Below, piece by piece: positions 47,950 to 55,894 of a stretch of 55,894 nucleotides of DNA. Each line of letters begins with the position of its first letter. Position 1 is the first letter of the stretch. This stretch comes from a virus (taxonomy: Duplodnaviria > Caudoviricetes), in IMG/VR virus record IMGVR_UViG_3300030376_000535, positions 1-55,894 of that record. One strand, given 5' to 3'. Under the pieces are notes generated by a model. The model saw only the letters and a program-made list of their open reading frames with translations. It was not told the DNA's origin and did not search any database. The translations under genes were made by a program, and so were the position numbers.

Positions 47950-48129
47950 ATGCCTAAGAAGAAGAGTACAGTAAATGCTGCTGGTAACTACACCAAACCG
48001 ACTATGCGTAAAAACCTGGTCGCAAAAGTTAAGGCGGGTGGAAAAGGTGGCAAGCCTGGACAATGGTCAGCGAGAAAAGCGCAAATGGTTGCCAAACAGT
48101 ACAAAGCAAAAGGGGGAGGCTACAAGTAA
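47950..48129 (+). CDS. 59-aa basic protein not in the ORF track; N-half of DUF5872-like family
   Basis: AGGAG RBS; NYTKPTMR...KGGKPGQWSARKAQ...YKAKGGGY. Confidence 0.75.
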   Translation: MPKKKSTVNAAGNYTKPTMRKNLVAKVKAGGKGGKPGQWSARKAQMVAKQYKAKGGGYK

Positions 48130-48407
48130 TGAAGGCTCCTCAAAAGTCCCTAAAGAAATGGGGAAAACAAAAGTGGCGTACTAAAAGTGGCAAACCGTCT
48201 ACTCAAGGTCCAAATGCTACTGGTGAACGTTACCTTCCTTCTAAGGCTATTAAGTCTCTTAGCAGCAGTGAGTATGCCGCTACAACCAGAGCTAAACGAA
48301 AAGGCACGAAGGCAGGTAAGCAGCATGTGGCTCAACCTAAACAAGTTGCAAAAAAGACGAAATCTTTTAGAGCCGCTAAGGGTGGACTTGCACGAGGTAA
48401 AAAGTGA
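48129..48407 (+). CDS. Basic protein; C-half of DUF5872-like family
   Basis: TAATG coupling; QKSLKKWGKQKWRTKSG...ERYLP. Confidence 0.75.
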   Translation: MKAPQKSLKKWGKQKWRTKSGKPSTQGPNATGERYLPSKAIKSLSSSEYAATTRAKRKGTKAGKQHVAQPKQVAKKTKSFRAAKGGLARGKK

Positions 48408-48664
48408 GTCACAGTCTTGGTCTACTAGATCACATGCCTTTACCAAGTATGCCGTTTAATACGCATGTTAATACTGTATTTGAATCTGCAGATAAAGACA
48501 GGTCAAATAAAAATAACGTAGAAGAAAAAAGAGAGCCTACAAGGATTACTCCTGATACTCCTGTAGAAGATTTAAAACTCGTAAACCAAAAATACGCATA
48601 CCACCCAGATCCTAACAAGCTTAGGATGCCAGACGGTCAGATAGTGGATTTTGTCGTAGCATAA
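48404..48664 (+). CDS. Hypothetical protein
   Basis: GTGA overlap. Confidence 0.6.
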   Translation: MSHSLGLLDHMPLPSMPFNTHVNTVFESADKDRSNKNNVEEKREPTRITPDTPVEDLKLVNQKYAYHPDPNKLRMPDGQIVDFVVA

Positions 48665-48677
48665 TAAGAGGTAGTTA

Positions 48678-49358
48678 ATGCCCTATTTAACAAGTAGCAT
48701 TCCGCATTTCAAAGCGTGGGTTCGTAGAGAATACACAAAAAACTTAGAAGAGTATCATGGAGAGTTCTTACATTGCATGGTCATTGGCGTCACTACTATG
48801 CCAAACAGGACTCTCAGCTTTCAAGTTATTTTTACAGGCTGCGAGTCTGACTTTGATGATGGTCCCAATATACATGGCGGTGCGATGTGGGCTAGATTAC
48901 CTCTTGTAGCTTTGGTGGCAGATACCCCCCTAGAAGATTGGCCAGAAGAGTTACCACCGTATTTAGCACAACCTTGGGATTGTATGTCGCACTACCACAG
49001 TGTTTATAAGTTAGAACGTGCAAGCCCAGCGCCTTGGATTGCAAAGGTAGACGGAGAGTTTTACCCAGCTAAGTATTACTTTACCGTAGATTATACAGAC
49101 AGTGAAGTTGCAGACGACCCAGCACAACACAAACAGTCTCACGTATTAGAGTTGTTAGACGCTGGAGAATACACAGGTAACATTGTTGCATTACCCAATA
49201 ACAGAGTGAGGGTAACTCACCCAGCTTGGTTTGAAACAGGAGAAGGTGCTCCAGACTTTAAACCAAACCAGCATGTGTACAATTCAAAAGAAGATGTAGA
49301 CTACGTGTGGAATACACAAAGAGTTTTCAATAATTTATACAGTGAGGAAGAACAATGA
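48678..49358 (+). CDS. Conserved hypothetical phage protein
   Basis: GAGGT RBS; PWDC, QHKQSH, LPNNR. Confidence 0.8.
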   Translation: MPYLTSSIPHFKAWVRREYTKNLEEYHGEFLHCMVIGVTTMPNRTLSFQVIFTGCESDFDDGPNIHGGAMWARLPLVALVADTPLEDWPEELPPYLAQPWDCMSHYHSVYKLERASPAPWIAKVDGEFYPAKYYFTVDYTDSEVADDPAQHKQSHVLELLDAGEYTGNIVALPNNRVRVTHPAWFETGEGAPDFKPNQHVYNSKEDVDYVWNTQRVFNNLYSEEEQ

Positions 49359-49660
49359 AAATGAAAAAGAAAGGTTATGCTAAAGGCGGCATGATGAAAA
49401 AAGGTTACGCCAAAGGTGGATTAAAACCAGCTCCAAACAAAGGTGCTGCATCATTACCTAAAGATGTTCGTAATAAAATGGGCTTTATGAATAAAGGTGG
49501 TATGGCTAAGAAAAAAGGTTACGCCAAAGGCGGTGCTATGATGAAGAAGAAAGCATACGCTAAAGGTGGTAAAGTAGCTATGTACAACCAAGGTGGTATG
49601 GTTAAGTCTACTGGTACAATGAATACTGGCGTAAAAACTGCTAAGAACACGTACAAGTAG
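49355..49660 (+). CDS. Lys/Gly/Met-rich protein with six YAKGG-type repeats
   Basis: Four YAKGG plus MNKGG and YNQGG. Confidence 0.8.
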   Translation: MKMKKKGYAKGGMMKKGYAKGGLKPAPNKGAASLPKDVRNKMGFMNKGGMAKKKGYAKGGAMMKKKAYAKGGKVAMYNQGGMVKSTGTMNTGVKTAKNTYK

Positions 49661-49671
49661 GAGATAATACA

Positions 49672-50190
49672 ATGGCTGTATCATTACGAACATACCTAAA
49701 TAATAAACTAAAAGAAAAGGGTATGACTGCTACCCAAGCTAAAAAGAATGCTAGTAAATATAAAAGCATCGCTGCAGCTAAAAAAGCTGGGTCACTTTAT
49801 TATACCAATAAAGATGGTAAAGTAATGGCAGCTGTTTATGCAGAAGATCTTAAGAAAGCACCAGCTACTTCACCTAGACCAAAAGCTCGCCCAAAGAAAA
49901 CACCTGGCAAAGCTCAAGGTCCAACTCGTCGTGGTGTAATGACACTTGACGAAAAGATAGAAGTAGATAGAGCAAACAAAAAACCTATGAGTACTACAGA
50001 GCTGAACAGAATGGTTAAAAAAGCTATTGACGCAGCTCCAGCTAAAGTAGCACCTAAAAATAAAAGTCAGTCATCTAGATTTAATGCTTGGTTTAAAAAC
50101 AATCAAAGCAAGTATGAAAGAAAAAATGGTGGCTTTAATATGGGGCAAGCAATTAAAGACTTTTCCCAAACACAACTTTATAAAAAGTAA
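49672..50190 (+). CDS. Basic protein with SPRPKARP motif
   Basis: GGAG RBS. Confidence 0.75.
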   Translation: MAVSLRTYLNNKLKEKGMTATQAKKNASKYKSIAAAKKAGSLYYTNKDGKVMAAVYAEDLKKAPATSPRPKARPKKTPGKAQGPTRRGVMTLDEKIEVDRANKKPMSTTELNRMVKKAIDAAPAKVAPKNKSQSSRFNAWFKNNQSKYERKNGGFNMGQAIKDFSQTQLYKK

Positions 50191-50211
50191 CAATACACAG
50201 GAGACACACAC

Positions 50212-50442
50212 ATGAGTAATCCATATCAAATCCGTACTGACATTTTATCTATGGCAAAAGAAATGATGGATAAAAGTTATGATACACAAATGCAACTAGC
50301 CTACAGCGTTATGGAACAGTATAAAGATAATGCAGAACAAGCGTTAGAGGCTTGGCAACGTTATGTACCAAAGATGTACACACCAGATGAAGTAAAAGCT
50401 CAGGCAGAAAAACTGTATGAGTTTGTTACAGATAAAGGATAG
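50212..50442 (+). CDS. Hypothetical protein
   Basis: AGGAG RBS. Confidence 0.75.
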   Translation: MSNPYQIRTDILSMAKEMMDKSYDTQMQLAYSVMEQYKDNAEQALEAWQRYVPKMYTPDEVKAQAEKLYEFVTDKG

Positions 50443-50444
50443 TA

Positions 50445-50810
50445 ATGGCAGATCCTTCTACAGCCAAGTACTTTACAAAAGCAAAAGACCTTTCTGCAAC
50501 TGCAGGAGGGGCTAGTGGTAATGTAATATACACTTGTCCAAACAATTTTATCTCACTAATTACTTTTTTACATGTATCGAACGGTTCAAGTAATAATAAA
50601 AAGTATAGTCTGCAGTGGTATGAAGCAGCAACAACTACCTACCATTTTATTGTAGATGAACACAGTTTATCTGCCAATAGTCTTGAAGACGTAGTTCATG
50701 GTGGTTCATACTTAGCTTTAGCTGCAGGTGATAAAATAGTGGGTTTTGAGGACAGCAGTTCCGACTTTCATGTAGTTATATCTGGTGCTGAATATTATCA
50801 ACCGACATAA
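50445..50810 (+). CDS. Beta-rich putative structural protein
   Basis: IYTCP...L.AGDKI pattern. Confidence 0.55.
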   Translation: MADPSTAKYFTKAKDLSATAGGASGNVIYTCPNNFISLITFLHVSNGSSNNKKYSLQWYEAATTTYHFIVDEHSLSANSLEDVVHGGSYLALAAGDKIVGFEDSSSDFHVVISGAEYYQPT

Positions 50811-50815
50811 CGGGG

Positions 50816-50860
50816 TTGCAATATTAACAATAGTATGTTATAACTAAATGTATATAACTA
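50816..50860 (+). promoter_or_regulatory. Promoter(s) for the DUF1127/terminase operon
   Basis: TTGCAA-N17-TATAACTA, second TATAACTA at 50853. Confidence 0.6.
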
Positions 50861-50890
50861 CTCCTGCACAAACAAAAAAGGAGTAGTGCA

Positions 50891-51052
50891 ATGAAAAGAT
50901 GGTTAAAAGCTTTAGGTAAAGCTATTCAAGAAAATCAACAAAGACGTGCAGATTATAGAATACTGCAAATGTTAAGTGATAGAGAACTGAACGACCTTGG
51001 TATTGGAAGGTCACAGATAAAAGAACGAATTTATGGCGAGAAACCTTACTGA
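50891..51052 (+). CDS. DUF1127 (YjiS-like) small protein, 53 aa, not in the ORF track
   Basis: AAGGAG RBS; RRADYRILQMLSDRELNDLGIGRSQI. Confidence 0.8.
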   Translation: MKRWLKALGKAIQENQQRRADYRILQMLSDRELNDLGIGRSQIKERIYGEKPY

Positions 51053-51398
51053 AAAACAACAAGCATTTCTAGATGCATTGTTTAACGAAGCCGAAGGCAA
51101 CCCTGTCGCTGCATTAAAAATGGCAGGGTATGCTGACGGTACGTCTACGACTGTTGTTATGGCTCCTCTTAAAGAAGAGATAGCTGAACGCACTCGTGAT
51201 TTTATCTCAACTCGTGGACCTCAAGCTGTTTGGTCTATGATGCAAGTAATGAGATCCCCTACCGACTTGGGCAATAAAGAGAAGATGGCAGCAGCTAAGG
51301 ACTTCCTTGATAGAGCTGGCTTTGTAAAAACAGAAAAAGTCGAAGTTAAAGCAGACAGTCCTTTGTTTATCTTGCCTCCGAAAGCAGATGAAAACTAA
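51033..51398 (+). CDS. terS: Terminase small subunit
   Basis: LTEKQQAFL...AGY, LDRAG; upstream of TerL. Confidence 0.75.
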   Translation: MARNLTEKQQAFLDALFNEAEGNPVAALKMAGYADGTSTTVVMAPLKEEIAERTRDFISTRGPQAVWSMMQVMRSPTDLGNKEKMAAAKDFLDRAGFVKTEKVEVKADSPLFILPPKADEN

Positions 51399-51813
51399 AA
51401 CTTGGAAATTACCTAAACCTCAAAAAGAAGATGGTGAATGGGAGTGGGAACCGATAGTAAGAATCGGAAGGTTTGTGCCATTTGGTTATAGACAAGACCC
51501 CGATGATTGTGATATACTACAACCAATTCCAGAAGAGCTAGAGCTTTTTGAACAGGCTAAAAAACATTTAAAGCAGTATAGCTATAGAGAAGTAGCTGCT
51601 TGGTTAAGTGAAACTTCTGGTAGATACCTTTCCCACGTAGGTTTATATAAGAGAGTTAAACTTGAGCACAAGCGTAAGAAAGAAGCTTCAGTCCAACGTT
51701 TCTATGCCGAAAGGTACAAAGAGGCAGCAGAAAAGGCGGAAAAGCTCGAAGCCCAAAGACTCGGTGCAAGAAGTAGAGTTGACACCAGCAACCCCGAAGC
51801 ACGAGCCAGTTGA
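51388..51813 (+). CDS. HTH protein between terS and terL
   Basis: PFGY, YSYREVAAWL. Confidence 0.7.
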   Translation: MKTKTWKLPKPQKEDGEWEWEPIVRIGRFVPFGYRQDPDDCDILQPIPEELELFEQAKKHLKQYSYREVAAWLSETSGRYLSHVGLYKRVKLEHKRKKEASVQRFYAERYKEAAEKAEKLEAQRLGARSRVDTSNPEARAS

Positions 51814-53221
51814 AGTAGAACAGGTACAAAGAGAAATAATCTTTGAACCTAACCCTGGTCCACAGACAGATTTCCTAGCATCAACAGAACAGGAGGTCTT
51901 ATACGGAGGATCTGCAGGTGGCGGTAAGTCATACGCAATGATTGCCGATCCTGTTAGATACCTGAACAATCCAAATGCTCGAATGTTGCTTGTACGTAGA
52001 AGCACTGAAGAGCTTAGAGAACTTATCTCTGTTTCTAAACAGTTATATCCCAAAGCAATTCCTGGTATCAAGTTTATGGAACGAGATAAAACTTGGGTAG
52101 CCCCTAGTGGAGCTACACTCTGGATGTCTTACCTTGATCGTGATGATGATGTCATGCGCTATCAAGGACAGGCATTTAACTGGATTGGTTTTGACGAATT
52201 AACGCAATGGCCTACACCCTATCCTTGGAATTATATGAGGTCACGTCTTCGTACAACCAAAGCTAGTGGGCTACCCTTGTATATGAGGGCAACAAGTAAC
52301 CCAGGTGGTCCTGGCCACCAATGGGTAAAGAAAACATTTATAGATCCTAGTATACCTAATGAAGATTTTTGGGCGACAGACACAGACAGTGGTGAAATCA
52401 TTTCTTGGCCGAAAGGACATTCGAGAGAGGGTGAGCCACTATTTAAACGTAGGTTCATACCTGCTACCCTATTCGATAATCCTTACCTAGCTGAGGATGG
52501 AATGTATGAAGCAAACTTGCTTTCTCTTCCAGAACATCAACGTAGACAGTTACTAGAAGGTGATTGGGATATTAACGAAGGGGCGGCATTCCCTGAGTTT
52601 AACCGTAACATACACGTAATAGAACCTTACGACATTCCAAAAAGTTGGGTAAGGTTTAGGGCTTGCGACTACGGATACGGATCTTACACTGGTGTCGTAT
52701 GGATGGCAGTAACCCCAGCGGAACAGCTGGTAGTCTATAGGGAACTCTATGTATCTAAGGTTACAGCAACAGATTTAGCTGATATGATACTTGAAATAGA
52801 GAGTGAAGAGAAGATACGGTATGGTGTTCTCGATTCTAGTTTATGGCATAATCGTGGTGATACTGGCCCATCATTGGCTGAACAAATGATTATGAAGGGT
52901 TGTCGTTGGAGACCCTCTGACAGATCTAAAGGTTCTCGTGTATCGGGTAAAAACGAATTACATAGAAGATTACAAGTGGATGAATTTACTGAAGAACCCA
53001 GACTAGTATTTTTTAACAGCTGCACTAATGTAATCTCACAACTACCGTCCATACCACTGGATAAAAATAATCCAGAAGATGTGGACACAAAAGCAGAAGA
53101 TCACTTGTATGATGCTTTACGTTATGGTATAATGACTAGACCACGTAGCAGCATATTTGATTTTGATGCCAGCACCCAAAGATCTGGCTTTCAAGCGTCA
53201 GATTCAACGTTTGGTTATTAA
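51662..53221 (+). CDS. terL: Terminase large subunit (start uncertain)
   Basis: YGGSAGGGKS, GFDELT, SNPGG, DYG, DHLYDALRY. Confidence 0.93.
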   Translation: MSTSVRKKLQSNVSMPKGTKRQQKRRKSSKPKDSVQEVELTPATPKHEPVEVEQVQREIIFEPNPGPQTDFLASTEQEVLYGGSAGGGKSYAMIADPVRYLNNPNARMLLVRRSTEELRELISVSKQLYPKAIPGIKFMERDKTWVAPSGATLWMSYLDRDDDVMRYQGQAFNWIGFDELTQWPTPYPWNYMRSRLRTTKASGLPLYMRATSNPGGPGHQWVKKTFIDPSIPNEDFWATDTDSGEIISWPKGHSREGEPLFKRRFIPATLFDNPYLAEDGMYEANLLSLPEHQRRQLLEGDWDINEGAAFPEFNRNIHVIEPYDIPKSWVRFRACDYGYGSYTGVVWMAVTPAEQLVVYRELYVSKVTATDLADMILEIESEEKIRYGVLDSSLWHNRGDTGPSLAEQMIMKGCRWRPSDRSKGSRVSGKNELHRRLQVDEFTEEPRLVFFNSCTNVISQLPSIPLDKNNPEDVDTKAEDHLYDALRYGIMTRPRSSIFDFDASTQRSGFQASDSTFGY

Positions 53222-53230
53222 GGAACTAGT

Positions 53231-55369
53231 ATGGAAGAAGATGAAATCTTTGAAAACGAAATGATGATGGACGATGAAACGTCTTCTTCAATTGAAGATG
53301 TAGAAAAAGATTTGTACCATGATCCACAAGCTGGTGAGATTGTTCAGTTTGTAAAAGAAAAATATGCTAAGGCTGAAACGGCACGACAACTTGATGAAGA
53401 ACGTTGGATTCAAGCTTACCGTAACTACCGTGGTATATACGGACCAGATGTACAATTTACTTCTACAGAACGTTCCCAAGTATTTGTTAAGGTTACTAAA
53501 ACAAAAGTTCTAGCAGCTTATGGTCAAATTGCTGATGTGTTGTTTGGTGGTAATAAGTTTCCAATTACCATTGACCCCACTAAACTTCCCGAAGGTATTG
53601 AGGAAGTAGTAAACTTTGAAACAAACCCAGAGATACGTAAAGCTGTAGCTGAACAACCAGACACAATGGAAGAGCTACTTCCAGGCGAAACATACCAAGA
53701 ATATCAAGAACGTCTTGGTGCTATGAAAGCAAAACTAGCTCCAGTCATGGACGATGTAAAACCTGGAATTAATGGTAGTCCAACATCTGTACACATATAC
53801 CCTGCAGAAGTTGCTGCCAAGAAAATGGAAAAGAAAATCCATGATCAGCTAGAAGAATCTCACGCAAAGAAACACCTACGTGCTGCAGCTTTTGAGTCTG
53901 CCCTGTTTGGTACAGGTATCATGAAGGGTCCGTTTGCAATAGATAAAGAATACCCTAATTGGAATGACGAGGGAGAATACTCACCAGTATTCAAAACAAT
54001 TCCACAAACATCGTCTGTATCTATCTGGAATTTTTATCCAGACCCAGATGCAGCTACAATGGAAGAAGCAGAGTATGTAGTTGAACGACACAAGATGTCA
54101 CGATCACAACTACGTTCTTTGAAGAACCGTCCGTACTTCCGTGCAAATGCAATTGACAATGCACTATCTCTTGGCGAAAGCTATAACAAAGAGTGGTGGG
54201 AACATGTCATGGAAGACAACACCGAACAAGACCACGCAGATCGTTTTGAAGTTCTAGAGTTCTGGGGTTTTGTTGATACAGAGATTATTGAAAAACAAGG
54301 TGTAGAAATACCAGAAGAGTTAAAAGACTCTGAGCAAGTTAGTGTAAATGCATGGATTTGTAATAGCCAAGTATTGCGGCTTGTAATGAATCCGTTTACT
54401 CCAGCGTACATACCGTACTTTGCTGCACCTTATGAGATGAATCCTTACAGTATTTTTGGTGTTGGTATTGCAGAAAATATGGACGATACCCAAACACTTA
54501 TGAATGGTTTTATGCGTATGGCAGTTGATAACGCTGCCTTATCTGGCAACTTGCTTATTGAGATAGACGAGACTAATCTCGTCCCAGGGCAAGACCTCTC
54601 CGTGTATCCAGGCAAAGTGTTTCGGAGACAGGGAGGGGCACCTGGTCAAGCCATCTTTGGCACTAAGTTCCCCAACGTATCAAACGAGAACATGCAGATG
54701 TTTGATAAGGCAAGGGTACTAGCAGATGAAAGCACAGGTTTTCCTTCGTTCGCTCATGGACAAACTGGAGTCAGCGGTGTTGGTCGGACTGCTTCAGGTA
54801 TTTCTATGCTTATGTCTGCTGCTAATGGTTCTATTAGAAACGTAGTTAAAAACATTGACGACTACTTACTAGCTCCGTTAGGTAAAGCATTCTTTAACTT
54901 TAACATGCAGTTTGACTACGATAAAGAAGTTAAAGGTGATCTTGAAGTTAAAGCTCGTGGTACAGAAAGCTTGATGGCCAACGAAGTACGTAGCCAACGC
55001 TTGATGCAATTTATGCAGGTCGTATCCAACCCAGCGCTTGCACCGTTTGCACGTATGGATTATATTGTTCGTGAGATTGCTAAGTCTATGGATCTTGATC
55101 CAGACAAGGTTGGCAACAATATGTCAGAAGCAGCTATACAAGCTGAAATACTAAAACAATTCCGAGAAGCAAATCCACCTGAACCACAACCAGGAGTTCC
55201 TGGTCCAGAGGGTGCTCCACCTCAAGAAGGTGCACAGGGCGCTCCTGCTGGCGCACAGGTACAAGATACCAGTGGTGCAGGGGGTGGTACTATAGGAACT
55301 GGAACAGCACCTCAGCCAGGAGAACAGGGCTTCTCAGGCAATACTGGTGGTGAACCTACAATGCAATGA
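53231..55369 (+). CDS. Portal protein
   Basis: Follows TerL; FGTGIMK, FYPDP, RTASGISML. Confidence 0.88.
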   Translation: MEEDEIFENEMMMDDETSSSIEDVEKDLYHDPQAGEIVQFVKEKYAKAETARQLDEERWIQAYRNYRGIYGPDVQFTSTERSQVFVKVTKTKVLAAYGQIADVLFGGNKFPITIDPTKLPEGIEEVVNFETNPEIRKAVAEQPDTMEELLPGETYQEYQERLGAMKAKLAPVMDDVKPGINGSPTSVHIYPAEVAAKKMEKKIHDQLEESHAKKHLRAAAFESALFGTGIMKGPFAIDKEYPNWNDEGEYSPVFKTIPQTSSVSIWNFYPDPDAATMEEAEYVVERHKMSRSQLRSLKNRPYFRANAIDNALSLGESYNKEWWEHVMEDNTEQDHADRFEVLEFWGFVDTEIIEKQGVEIPEELKDSEQVSVNAWICNSQVLRLVMNPFTPAYIPYFAAPYEMNPYSIFGVGIAENMDDTQTLMNGFMRMAVDNAALSGNLLIEIDETNLVPGQDLSVYPGKVFRRQGGAPGQAIFGTKFPNVSNENMQMFDKARVLADESTGFPSFAHGQTGVSGVGRTASGISMLMSAANGSIRNVVKNIDDYLLAPLGKAFFNFNMQFDYDKEVKGDLEVKARGTESLMANEVRSQRLMQFMQVVSNPALAPFARMDYIVREIAKSMDLDPDKVGNNMSEAAIQAEILKQFREANPPEPQPGVPGPEGAPPQEGAQGAPAGAQVQDTSGAGGGTIGTGTAPQPGEQGFSGNTGGEPTMQ

Positions 55370-55581
55370 AGCTAGTCGTGAACAATACATTAAAACCTTT
55401 TGTAAATAACCCAGAGTTTTACACACCTTACATAGAAGAAATAGCGTCAAGGATTGCTTTTACTCATGTAGCTCTTGAACAATCCAGAGAACTTGATGAG
55501 GTCTACCGACTTCAAGGTGAAATACGTGCTCTCCGTAGCCTTTTAAAATTGCGAGATAAAATAAATGGAGCAGAGTCCTAG
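55366..55581 (+). CDS. Small protein following portal
   Basis: RLQGEIRALR motif; ATGA overlap. Confidence 0.7.
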   Translation: MKLVVNNTLKPFVNNPEFYTPYIEEIASRIAFTHVALEQSRELDEVYRLQGEIRALRSLLKLRDKINGAES

Positions 55582-55817
55582 ACCCAAGATACGTCCAAGA
55601 TCTAAAACAAAAAGGCTTACTGTAAGAGGTAGACCAGTTTGGGTAGATCATACTGGGGAGGTTACTGGTAAAAAAGGCACTAGTTATTCTGAGGTTACAA
55701 CTACTGTTCCTTGGGGTACTGGTTGGGCTACTTTGCCTACAATAGATGGGCAAGGTAAAAGACTTTCTGACGAAGAGGTGTTTAAAAGAACAGTTCAAGT
55801 TAGGAACAAACTTAGTA
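55565..55817 (+). CDS. 5' part of a 666-aa protein continuing across the junction into 1-1748
   Basis: ATG at 55565 (MEQSPRPKIRP...) stays open to the end and is in frame with ORF 96-1748; 253+1748=2001 nt. Confidence 0.85.
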
Positions 55818-55894
55818 AGGGTGGGCCTGTTGACTTTATTACTGGTGAAGAGCTTCCTGTATTTAGTAGCCAAGAGAAAGCAGTTGAGTATGCG
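55818..55894. repeat. Second copy of the 77-bp terminal overlap
   Basis: Identical to 1-77. Confidence 0.95.

Noticed and set aside
1454-55873. Numerous short antisense or nested ORFs in the six-frame track
   Set aside because: Shadows of real genes, lacking RBS and opposing the operon direction

Overview
A complete, circularly assembled podovirus-type dsDNA phage genome of 55,817 bp. Bases 1-77 repeat exactly at 55818-55894, which looks like assembler overlap, and one ORF reads through the junction. Two arms converge on a hairpin terminator at about 26760. The plus-strand arm (45.7 kb, wrapping to 26.76 kb) encodes lysis genes, small basic proteins, terminase, portal, a zincin (LPD23-like) protein, a LysM/CFI-box-like protein, a methyltransferase, scaffold, major capsid, tail and tail fibre, and ejection proteins. 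The minus-strand arm (44.2 to 26.77 kb) encodes early genes, a tyrosine recombinase, a PAPS-reductase-like protein, ThyX, T7-like primase-helicase, PolA and SSB, nucleases, MazG, class II RNR and glutaredoxin. No RNA polymerase, CI-like repressor, tRNA or CRISPR array was seen; transcription appears to use host sigma70 promoters. From memory, the gene set resembles marine roseophages that combine a cobavirus-like replication module with an HMO-2011-like morphogenesis module. Several motifs point to a Rhodobacterales host (inference, not searched). The most striking observation is in the 1.5 kb non-coding region between the arms, where the genome ends probably lie. It holds a dense array of matches to binding sites of many different host proteins: IHF, alphaproteobacterial LexA, SqrR-type ArsR, Fur/Mur, IscR, Zur and a dif-like site. 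It also contains a roughly 480 nt hairpin-rich leader. Other candidates are structured capsid and scaffold leaders, a short peptide motif shared across probable virion proteins, and a DUF1127 gene under an RBS-masking hairpin.
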